Assembly (NCBI GenBank): GCA_963693365.1
Contig: CAVNZM010000013.1
Span: forward strand, 1-64,000
DNA length: 64,000 nucleotides
DNA from: Amoebidium appalachense
Taxonomy: Eukaryota; Protista; Ichthyosporea
Direction: 5' to 3'
A model generated the notes under the pieces. The model had not been told where the DNA came from and searched no databases. It saw nothing but the letters and a program-made list of their open reading frames with translations. Made by a program: the position numbers and the translations under genes. Shown piece after piece: positions 39,051 to 47,641 of the stretch; the stretch's first letter is position 1, and each line of letters starts with the position of its first letter.

Positions 39051-40454
39051 CTACATGGTCTTCCTGGCCTTCTTGGCTGGCTGGGTGGGGGGGGTGGCCT
39101 CCCGTTTGCGCCTTGTGCTCTTGCTGGCCTGCATGCCCTCGGCGCTGGGAGCGGCCAGGCGCTTTGCCTTCGGACCGACATATCTTGCGAAATCTCGCAG
39201 TGTCATAGGGAGCTTCCCCTCCAGTTCCTCCCACTCGACTGAAAGGGGGTTGTCGGCCCGGACAATGTAAATGATGTTGTTTTGGTTGCGCTCAATGCCG
39301 TACGTATTAAGCCAACGGGTGTGGCCCATCGTAGTCTTGTCCTTGCTATTGTATACTAAGGGTTCGAGTTGATCGTAGTCTCTGAATGCGAAGTTGAGAC
39401 GGATCTGCACGTGCGCAAAATGCACAGGTGGGGGCCACACTTTTGGGGCTGTGCGACGCTTGTCGAGAAACCCTGCAAGGAAGCGTCCTAGTGCGGGAAG
39501 ACGAGAGTCGGCAAGGTGGGATGGCCAGGTAGCATGCTTGTGTTCGATGTCTGCAGCAAGGGTTGCCAGCACATAGGGATCGCCCACTTTGCCGATTTTT
39601 GGAATGGGGTCGTCTTTTTCGCGAACAAACTCGCCGTTGTAGTGTGCACGTTCTCCCCATTCGTTTGCCTTGGGAAGCTCCCGGTCGACCCCCCACACCA
39701 ACACACCCGCGTGCTTCCGAGCCTCCTTGCCACCGGACTTCTTCTTGACTGCCTCCGTGACGGACAGGAGGTTGAATTGGTCGTCGTGTGTGATGGGTGG
39801 CTCTATGGCAAGAACGTTTTTGTTCGTGTCCGAGTGGTCCTGTATGCCCGTGTCCTCAGAGTCCGAGTCCGGTGTCTCCGTTCCCGTGTCCGTGTCCGTG
39901 TCCGTGATCGTGATGCACTCTGCGTCCTGTGTCAAACCGTGGTTGCTAATCTTTCCGGCGCGTTGAAGACCTTCCACCCAATCTTTGAGGTATTGGCCAC
40001 AACGCGTTTCTTTCTCGTCGTTCTCGCGGTTAGCGCGGCTGAATACGCAACCGTAGTTGAGGTAACTCTCGTGAAATTCCACCGAAGCGATGTAGGTCTC
40101 GGCATCCCCACACGACAAGCGACCGAGGACGATGTAGGTGTCCGTCATCGCCTTGCTTAGCTCCGCGGACAAGTTCGGTGGCTGCTTGTCCGGGTGAAAA
40201 GTCCTTGCAACTCTCCTGATCCCGCCCGAGTCTAAGGCCTGGAGTTGTGCAAACTTGGTGGTGAACAGGAGTGTTGACTTGCCGGCTTGAGCGGCTATGG
40301 CTTCGATTCTGGCGGACGGCTTCACACTTTCCAGGAACAGACGCACGTCATCTTCGAACTTTGGGGATTGGGAGGCAAGCAAACCGAAACCCCGATGGGC
40401 ACACTCCGCGTCTAACTGGGTAAAATCAGGAAGGAAGCTGTCGCGGTGCGCCAT
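39051..40454 (-). CDS. Uncharacterised protein with J-domain-like HPDK motif, family paralogue 2
   Basis: GIRRVARTFHPDK; family motifs HYNGEF, LPALGRF, RADNPLSVEWEELEGKLPMTL; basic NLS-like tail PAKKARK. Confidence 0.8.
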   Translation of the reverse strand: MAHRDSFLPDFTQLDAECAHRGFGLLASQSPKFEDDVRLFLESVKPSARIEAIAAQAGKSTLLFTTKFAQLQALDSGGIRRVARTFHPDKQPPNLSAELSKAMTDTYIVLGRLSCGDAETYIASVEFHESYLNYGCVFSRANRENDEKETRCGQYLKDWVEGLQRAGKISNHGLTQDAECITITDTDTDTGTETPDSDSEDTGIQDHSDTNKNVLAIEPPITHDDQFNLLSVTEAVKKKSGGKEARKHAGVLVWGVDRELPKANEWGERAHYNGEFVREKDDPIPKIGKVGDPYVLATLAADIEHKHATWPSHLADSRLPALGRFLAGFLDKRRTAPKVWPPPVHFAHVQIRLNFAFRDYDQLEPLVYNSKDKTTMGHTRWLNTYGIERNQNNIIYIVRADNPLSVEWEELEGKLPMTLRDFARYVGPKAKRLAAPSAEGMQASKSTRRKREATPPTQPAKKARKTM

Positions 40455-40489
40455 ACTGAATGATGTGTCTTGTACTTGTGTGCACTGAG

Positions 40490-41238
40490 GTGTTTCGACC
40501 CGTGTGCCGCGTATATATATCGATGTGCACCGCGTTGGGCGCTTCAGACATCCAATGAAATTCAAGCTTTCAATACAATAAGCCAATAGATGAAGAACAC
40601 GCGACCCACCGCGACCAATCAGAGCTTTGTTGAAAACCGTATGAACAAACCAAAAATAATTCCTCCGACTCCTTCCAATGGCTGGCACCTTGGCGAACTT
40701 TTGATTGGCCCGCCCGGCCGAAACCAGTTTTCAGATCAAGGTGGACCAATCGAAAAAGCAAAATGACACTTTAACCGTCCGCGAACCAATCATTTCGCGC
40801 GCAAATATCTTGACATCATGGCGGACCAATCATATTGCGATTTTGATTATTTGTCTTGCGATTTTGATAGTGTTTCGACCCGTGAGCCGCGTATTATATA
40901 TATCGATGTGCACCGCGTTGGGCGCTTCAGACATCCAATGAAATTTAAGCTTCAACAATAAACCAATAGACGAAGAACACGCGACCCATGGCGACAAATC
41001 AGAGCTTCAAAAATAACGTGTGAACCAATCAAAAATAATTCCATCTAATGGCTGGCACCTGGGCGAACTTGTGATTGGTCCGCTCGGCCGAAACCGGTTT
41101 TTAATTCAGGGCGGACCAATCGAAATAGCAAAGTGACACGTGAACCGTCCGCGAACCAATCATTTGGCGCGAAAATATCTTTACATCATGGCGGACCAAT
41201 CATATTGCGATATCGATTTTTTGCCTTGCGATTTTGAT
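40490..41238 (+). repeat. ~380-bp tandem duplication forming a bidirectional CCAAT/E2F-type promoter
   Basis: GTGTTTCGACCCGTG... begins at 40490 and 40870. Each copy has many CCAAT boxes and an E2F-like palindrome (40793-40805, 41163-41174). Confidence 0.9.
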
Positions 41239-41324
41239 TTAGATCCCATTTGAGATATATAAACAACCGACGCGGAATAAATGGATCACAACCACACAGA
41301 CAATCAACCAGACGTGGAAAAAAC

Positions 41325-42512
41325 ATGGCGAACAAACTCGTTGTAGACTACAAGAGGTTTGACCCAGATTGCATTCACCGCGGTCTGCGCTACCTCGCAT
41401 CGGTGGAGGGCGACGCCGACAAGTCCGTGTCCGAGTTCATCGACAACACGGATTTTACCAATTTGTCCTCTGCGGCGGAGGCGGCTGGCTGCTCGCCGCA
41501 CCTTCTGACCAAGTGGGTTGGGTGTCTCCAGTCCGCGTCGTTGAGCGGTATCAAGAAGTTGATCGCCCGTTTCCACGCCGACAAAATCACCACTTGGGCG
41601 AGTGAGGAGGAAAAGCAGATATTCAAACGTTCCACCATCATTCTGACACGACTGACCGGGGTCGGTCGGAGCGACGAGTACCGCGAAAACGTAACCAAAA
41701 GCACGAGTTTTGCGCGTTTCGGATGCGTCTGCACCCGCGAGAACTTGGAAGACGGATCGGAGACTTCATGTGGTGCCTATTTGGATGAAATTGTCAAACA
41801 GGCAAGTCTTCTCATCGGGAACCGCGACGACGAACAAGCAGCCTCGCCGTGCCAGTCCCCAAAGCCCCGTGCCCCCCAGAAAGCCCAGCCCGCACCCAAG
41901 CCCAAGAGTACACACGGCGAAGACGGCAAACTTCTTGCCATTGGGAACGTTCTGTGCGAGGATGAATTCTTTGGCTTGCAAGATTTAATGGTGTGGGGGA
42001 TCAACTTACCGCTACCCCCTGCCGACGAGAACGGCGTCCGTGCACACTACAATGGTGAAATTTTCCGCGACAAGGGGGGCCCGATTCCATACTTTGCGTC
42101 GTGTGCACCGTATGCCCTGGCTAGCCTCGCATCAGACATGCCCGAACACCGGAAGAATGCGGCGTGGCAATCCCACCAGGTTGATGACCGCATGCCTGCC
42201 AGGGGTCGTTTCCTCCTCGGGGTTTTTCAAAACGGTAAACATTGGGGAGCAGAGTTCGTTCATGCGTTGGGCACGTTCGAGCCTCGGTTTCGACACTACG
42301 GGCACGTGCACTTTCGTTGTCAGATCAGCAGCACCGAGGAAATCGATTACCTCGAATGGTTGTACCAAGCCACCGGCATCAGAACTAACCGCAACAACGT
42401 TATCTACGTGGTTCGTGCCGATGGCCCCTTGTCCCCCGAATGGGAGGAGCTCGAGTACATGATGCCGATGACCCTCCGCGCCTTTGGCGATTATGTCGGT
42501 CCCAAGGTGTAA
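41325..42512 (+). CDS. Uncharacterised protein with degenerate J-domain-like motif (FHADK), family paralogue 3
   Basis: GIKKLIARFHADK; HYNGEIF, MPARGRF, RADGPLSPEWEELEYMMPMTL; TATATAAA ~65 nt upstream. Confidence 0.8.
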   Translation: MANKLVVDYKRFDPDCIHRGLRYLASVEGDADKSVSEFIDNTDFTNLSSAAEAAGCSPHLLTKWVGCLQSASLSGIKKLIARFHADKITTWASEEEKQIFKRSTIILTRLTGVGRSDEYRENVTKSTSFARFGCVCTRENLEDGSETSCGAYLDEIVKQASLLIGNRDDEQAASPCQSPKPRAPQKAQPAPKPKSTHGEDGKLLAIGNVLCEDEFFGLQDLMVWGINLPLPPADENGVRAHYNGEIFRDKGGPIPYFASCAPYALASLASDMPEHRKNAAWQSHQVDDRMPARGRFLLGVFQNGKHWGAEFVHALGTFEPRFRHYGHVHFRCQISSTEEIDYLEWLYQATGIRTNRNNVIYVVRADGPLSPEWEELEYMMPMTLRAFGDYVGPKV

Positions 42513-42646
42513 GCAAAGACAAGTTGTAAGCAACGTGGTAGTGGAGTGTAGTGAGCTCGGGAGTTATATATTATTTGATTTTGTCTTTGGGGTTTGTATG
42601 TATAACCCCTGCCTGTTCGAACTGGGTTCGTCTTTTTCTGTATCTC

Positions 42647-42804
42647 GTCTGATTCTCGTATCACCGCGGCCGGCCGCGTAAATAAAACTCGTTTTTTTTT
42701 TTTCTAAGTCTGATTCTCGTATCACCGCGGCCGGCCGCGTAAATAAAACTTGTCGTTTTTTTTTCTAAGTCTGATTCTCGTATCACCGCGCCGGCCGCGT
42801 AAAT
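42647..42804 (+). repeat. Tandem array B: ~2.6 copies of a 61-bp unit
   Basis: GTCTGATTCTCGTATCACCGCGGCCGGCCGCGTAAAT at 42647, 42708 and 42769 (third copy lacks one G); palindromic core CGCGGCCGGCCGCG. Confidence 0.95.
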
Positions 42805-42876
42805 GTTTCTCGAATCACGCTGTTTTTCTACGTGCAAAGACGCGTGCACCCGCCAAACAAAATATCGCTTACCGTC

Positions 42877-43242
42877 ATGCGGCCACTCACGGCCCTTTCG
42901 GACGCGGTGCTGCTAGGGCGCGCCATGCGCAACGATGAATACTCAACGGTGCGGCGCCTTCGGGACAACGTCGAGCGCCTGGAGCACGAGGTGGGCCGCA
43001 GGGCGGAGCTCGTGGAGATGTACGCGCGGCAGCTGGACGAATTTCGCCGCGACCTGCACGCCGTCTACGACAAGGTGGGAGAGCTTATAGACCGACTGGC
43101 TGACCTGCAACACGACCAGGATGGGTTCGTGCGCGAGATCGTGCGCCTGCGGTGGGTCGTCATGCAGATGGGCGACGACCTCACCCAGCTGCACCGCGAG
43201 CCCGCGCGCGCCCCCCTGCACCGGTGGGGCGCGCCCAAATAA
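42877..43242 (+). CDS. Coiled-coil protein
   Basis: 121-aa heptad-rich ORF, stop within AATAAA. Confidence 0.6.
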   Translation: MRPLTALSDAVLLGRAMRNDEYSTVRRLRDNVERLEHEVGRRAELVEMYARQLDEFRRDLHAVYDKVGELIDRLADLQHDQDGFVREIVRLRWVVMQMGDDLTQLHREPARAPLHRWGAPK

Positions 43243-44364
43243 ATGTACGGGCATGATATGGATGTTTCTTTCGAGGGTGTAAACCCCGACGGTGAAGATC
43301 ACGCACGGTTCCCGACGTCGACAAAGCAGCAGGCGTTGGAGGCCTTAAATGAAATGAGGACACTGAAGGGCTATCTTCGTGTACAGGCTGAGATCAGAAA
43401 GGCGGTCACCAAGGGCGCGGGTAGAAAGCATATGTTGGATTACCTTGGGATTTCCGTCGATTCCGACATCGACACCGAGTTGTCAAAACAACTTGGCGTG
43501 ATGCTGCAACGGTCGACGCCAAGCGAGGACATCGTCGACGACATCCTCGCGAATCGGCCGGAACTATCGCGAGTGCACGCGGAATTGGGGGGCGGCGGGC
43601 GGTTGCTGCTCTACGGCCCAAGTGGTGCGGGCAAGCTTACGTGTGTCTTCCAGGTGTGCAAGACCCTTGACCTCTTCCCATGGGTCCTGACGGTCCAGGA
43701 CCTGCTCGATCCGGACACCCGTCGTGCCATCCAATGGATCGCAAAGAACGACAAGCGCGCCGTGTTGGTCATCCGTGATGCTCACAATCTGACGGACGAA
43801 TGGATGATGGTGCTTACACTGGAGTTGGTGGACAGACGCATGGTAGTCGGTATTGCCAGTACGGCTTCGGAGAAGGGTTGTTCGGTGCGATCCTATTTCA
43901 CCAGCACACTGGCTTGGCCAGCGGTGCGTGACGACGAGTCGCGCGTGGTGGTCGAGGCACTGGTCCAGTCATGTTTAGGCGCAGATCCGGAGTACCCATC
44001 GGCGACATCGGCTGTTGTAACCCAGCTAGCCATCGCCGCGACCGACCTAACCATCGCGGATATAGTGAACACGGCCAGGATTGCACAGAAGAACACGGCA
44101 TCCCAGATCTCTCCCGCCGGTCCCCCGTATAGATACTACGACGCATCGAGCGGGTATACAGATGTCGTGTGGAACCTAGCACTGGCAAACAGGAAACGGG
44201 GTGCAAATGGTACAGAGATTGGGCATGCTCAACTAAGAGACTTTATACGGGAACACTCGTATACCAAGGCCTCGGTTTACTTGACCCACGTCGTCCTCCT
44301 AGCGTGGCTCACGGCAATGCTGCACAGCACAGTGGACGCGACGGATTTTGCCTGCTACACATAA
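43243..44364 (+). CDS. AAA+ ATPase-like protein
   Basis: LLLYGPSGAGKLT (Walker A-like) and VLVIRDAHNL (Walker B-like, atypical). Confidence 0.65.
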   Translation: MYGHDMDVSFEGVNPDGEDHARFPTSTKQQALEALNEMRTLKGYLRVQAEIRKAVTKGAGRKHMLDYLGISVDSDIDTELSKQLGVMLQRSTPSEDIVDDILANRPELSRVHAELGGGGRLLLYGPSGAGKLTCVFQVCKTLDLFPWVLTVQDLLDPDTRRAIQWIAKNDKRAVLVIRDAHNLTDEWMMVLTLELVDRRMVVGIASTASEKGCSVRSYFTSTLAWPAVRDDESRVVVEALVQSCLGADPEYPSATSAVVTQLAIAATDLTIADIVNTARIAQKNTASQISPAGPPYRYYDASSGYTDVVWNLALANRKRGANGTEIGHAQLRDFIREHSYTKASVYLTHVVLLAWLTAMLHSTVDATDFACYT

Positions 44365-44366
44365 TT

Positions 44367-45494
44367 ATGGAATCCATGGACCCCGATGTGCTCAACCAGA
44401 TCCTGTCGGGAAGACCAAAAAAAATCAAGCTAGCCATTTCGCCTGATCCAGAATCGTTTGGTCCCGCGCACGCCACAATGGTCACGTCCCTCGGTGTGCT
44501 GCTCGCCGTGCTGCACGCATGGCTCACACAGCCGAGCGGAGCGCCTCTGATCAATGTAACGTCGTCGGGCGACGGCACGGTGATGGTCCCGGGCATCGAC
44601 TGGCGCGTGCTCGCGCTGCCGATGTTTGCGAATGCGTTCCGCCCCCGCCACCTACCAAACCCAACCGCAAGCATGGAGGAGTACGCAGAGAACTGGCTGA
44701 GGCTGGAACCAGACACGACCCCCGAGGCTTTCGATGCCGCGCTCGCGGCAGCCATCGAGCGTTTGGCGGCTCCCGTGCACAAAAAGGCCTTGCAGCGCCG
44801 CCGCGTCAAGGCTGAGCACCCCGTTCCGCCGACCACGATGGCCGCGCTGAGCGTGCGCGTGGACCCGGGGTTCGACAAGGTGGCCGCGCAGTTCTCCGAC
44901 CTCGTGCGCCAGAGCAAGCCGGCCGACTCCATCGAGATCACCAAGCGCGACCGCGAGATCAAGCTGCTACAGCAGTGCCTGATGGAGCTGGAGCTCGAGT
45001 ACTTCCGCCTGCAGGCCGAGAACGAGCAGCTCAAGGCGCAGGAGGCCGCGCTCGAGAAGAACTTCCTGCTGCCCTGGTTCAAGGCCCAGGAGGACGTGTC
45101 GCAGCGCATGGCCATGTTCGAGGCCGCCGAGCGCGACGAGTACACGCGCATGCGCAACTTCCAGCAGCAGGTGTCCGTGCAGGCGTTCAACAGCAGCCTG
45201 CAGGCGCAGAACAACGCGCTGCTGGCGGCATCCGGCGCGGCCATGAACGCGCGGCCCACGGCGGACTTCGCGGCCATACTTGCGCGCAAGCGGGAATCCG
45301 AGCTGGACGACTTCGGGGACGGCCTCAAGCGCATGCGGGCCGACGACACGGGCTTGGGCATGGGCATGGGCATGGGCCAGCAGCAGGCGCCCGGACCGAT
45401 GCAGATACCCGGGGTCAACCCCGACACGTACCGCGACAACATGACCATGCGCGAGGGCGTGGCGTTCCCGTATCCGCGCACGGACGCGGCGTGA
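44367..45494 (+). CDS. Hypothetical coiled-coil protein
   Basis: 375-aa ORF with strong GC3 bias, AATAAA at ~45510. Confidence 0.7.
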   Translation: MESMDPDVLNQILSGRPKKIKLAISPDPESFGPAHATMVTSLGVLLAVLHAWLTQPSGAPLINVTSSGDGTVMVPGIDWRVLALPMFANAFRPRHLPNPTASMEEYAENWLRLEPDTTPEAFDAALAAAIERLAAPVHKKALQRRRVKAEHPVPPTTMAALSVRVDPGFDKVAAQFSDLVRQSKPADSIEITKRDREIKLLQQCLMELELEYFRLQAENEQLKAQEAALEKNFLLPWFKAQEDVSQRMAMFEAAERDEYTRMRNFQQQVSVQAFNSSLQAQNNALLAASGAAMNARPTADFAAILARKRESELDDFGDGLKRMRADDTGLGMGMGMGQQQAPGPMQIPGVNPDTYRDNMTMREGVAFPYPRTDAA

Positions 45495-45582
45495 GCAGGC
45501 TGGATGTTCAATAAAGTTCGATTCGGCTGTTTGTTTTGAGAAGCCCCGATCCATTCACAAAAAATCCGAGGCATCCACAAGC

Positions 45583-46605
45583 ATGGTGGTGTACGTGATC
45601 GACCTGTTCTGTGGCGCGGGAGGGTTCAGTGAGGGCGCGCGACAGGCGGGTGCGGTGGTGGCGGTGGCGGTCGACAGCTGGGACGTGGCGCTGGAGGTGC
45701 ACCGCGCCCGCCACCCCGGGGCCGTGCACATGCTGCGCACCATAGGCGACGTGCCCGCAGAGGACTTTGCACGCGAGCTGATGGCGGCCGTGCCGGCCAT
45801 GGGCGAGGGGGACTGGCTGCACGTGCACGCGAGCCCACCTTGCCAGGAGCTGTCGGAGATGCGCCTGGGGCTGGGGCGTGTGGGTGACACGTTGCAGTTG
45901 GTAAGATACACATTGGACCTGCTCGATTGCGTGCCGTACGACAGCTTCTCAATCGAGGAGGTCAACAAACGCGGGTTGAGAGAGCTGTTCGCTGAGGAAG
46001 GCGTGCCGTACATTGTGCTGAACATGTGGGAGTATGGGGTATGCCAGACACGTAGGCGTTTATTTGCATATGACGGTTGGAACCCTTACGCTATGCCCAG
46101 GTCCTCGCCCCCGACGCTACTAAGCCAACTAGACCCAACCCCGCACGCTACGTGGATTACACCCGCGAGCATTTACCCAATACGAATGCAAACATGGAGG
46201 GAGACAAGGGAGTGGGACCAATGGAAAATACAAGGACCATCGACATGGAAGTTACTATCCCCAAAGAAATCCCGGGTGTTTCCGACATGGAAATCGCTAC
46301 CTAGCAATGCATATTTCTACACGGTCGTGCGAAGTCCGTTCTACCTATGGAACGAACGTTTCGAATATATAAGACGGATCCAAACATCTGAATTGGAAAA
46401 GCTCCAGACATTCCCATGTGGCTACATCACGGCTCTAAACGTGCCTTCGAAAGAGAGCAGAGAAACGTTAATCGCCAACGCAGTCCCGCCGGCGATGGCC
46501 TGCGCAATTCTGAATACAATTTCGGCGGCGCCGGTGTCTCAAGCCCGGGGCCATGCAGATGCCCCGGGTCAACCCCGACACGTACCGCGACATGACCACG
46601 CGTGA
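45583..46605 (+). CDS. C5 DNA cytosine methyltransferase, copy 1
   Basis: DLFCGAGG (I), SPPCQ (IV), EEV (VI variant), QTRRR (VIII), LQTFP (IX), IANAVP (X). Confidence 0.9.
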   Translation: MVVYVIDLFCGAGGFSEGARQAGAVVAVAVDSWDVALEVHRARHPGAVHMLRTIGDVPAEDFARELMAAVPAMGEGDWLHVHASPPCQELSEMRLGLGRVGDTLQLVRYTLDLLDCVPYDSFSIEEVNKRGLRELFAEEGVPYIVLNMWEYGVCQTRRRLFAYDGWNPYAMPRSSPPTLLSQLDPTPHATWITPASIYPIRMQTWRETREWDQWKIQGPSTWKLLSPKKSRVFPTWKSLPSNAYFYTVVRSPFYLWNERFEYIRRIQTSELEKLQTFPCGYITALNVPSKESRETLIANAVPPAMACAILNTISAAPVSQARGHADAPGQPRHVPRHDHA

Positions 46606-46736
46606 GGGTGTCGGGTTCCCGTACCCGGGCACGGACGCGTTGTGAGCAGGCTTGGATGTAATTAAGTCTGTATTTGGCTGTTTTTTGTTTTGAGAAGCCC
46701 CGATCCATCCACAAAAAATCCGAGGCATCCACAAGC

Positions 46737-47639
46737 ATGGTGGTGTACGTGATCGACCTGTTCTGTGGCGCGGGAGGGTTCAGTGAGGGCGCGCGGCAGG
46801 CGGGTGCGGTGGTGGCGGTGGCGGTCGACAGCTGGGACGTGGCGCTGGAGGTGCACCGCGCCCGCCACCCCGGGGCCGTGCACATGCTGCGCACCATCGG
46901 CGGCGTGCCCGCAGAGGACTTTGCGCGCGAGCTGATGGCGGCCGTGCCGGCCATGGGCGAGGGGGACTGGCTGCACGTGCACGCGAGCCCGCCGTGCCAG
47001 GAGCTGTCGAGCGCGCGCAATCACGCGGGGGACCAGGACAACACATTGGAGCTGATTTTGTACATGCTCGATCTCTTTGATTCCTTGCCATATGACAGTT
47101 TCTCCGTGGAGGAGGTCAACCACCCACGCCTAAGAAGTCTTCTAGGTCGAGAAGGAGTGCCATATGTCATCGTCAACATGGCCGACCACGGAGTGTGCCA
47201 GACCCGCAGACGACTCATTGCATACGATGGGTGGGATCCGTCGACATTGCCCTTCGTTCAAACCCCATCTCCCAAAGATGTAATAACGTCCAGAGACACG
47301 GCATGGATAACAAACAGTTCATTGTCGCAGGGGCGTTTGGAGGCGTGGTTAGAGGGGGGCTTGAAATACCGCCATGGTGTGGGGGCTCCACGTCCAATTG
47401 ACGGTCTTCTGTTCACGATGACATCAAAAGGGTTTTATTTATGGGATGCCGAGTTTCGATATATACGCAACATGACTATTACAGAAAAAGAGAGCGTCCA
47501 GACGTTCCCAACTGGCTACATAACAGAGCTCCCGCTAAACATCATTGCAATGCATACTCTAATAGCAAACGCCGTACCACCGAGGTTTGCATCGTTAATA
47601 TTAACCAACTTGCCCCCCACACTCGAACCAACATCGTGA
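46737..47639 (+). CDS. C5 DNA cytosine methyltransferase, copy 2
   Basis: Same motif set as copy 1; first ~90 aa almost identical to copy 1, target-recognition region divergent. Confidence 0.9.
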   Translation: MVVYVIDLFCGAGGFSEGARQAGAVVAVAVDSWDVALEVHRARHPGAVHMLRTIGGVPAEDFARELMAAVPAMGEGDWLHVHASPPCQELSSARNHAGDQDNTLELILYMLDLFDSLPYDSFSVEEVNHPRLRSLLGREGVPYVIVNMADHGVCQTRRRLIAYDGWDPSTLPFVQTPSPKDVITSRDTAWITNSSLSQGRLEAWLEGGLKYRHGVGAPRPIDGLLFTMTSKGFYLWDAEFRYIRNMTITEKESVQTFPTGYITELPLNIIAMHTLIANAVPPRFASLILTNLPPTLEPTS

Positions 47640-47641
47640 CA

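Noticed and set aside
42647-42804. CRISPR array or ncRNA gene
   Set aside because: Near-identical 61-bp tandem units without variable spacers; no recognisable RNA family.
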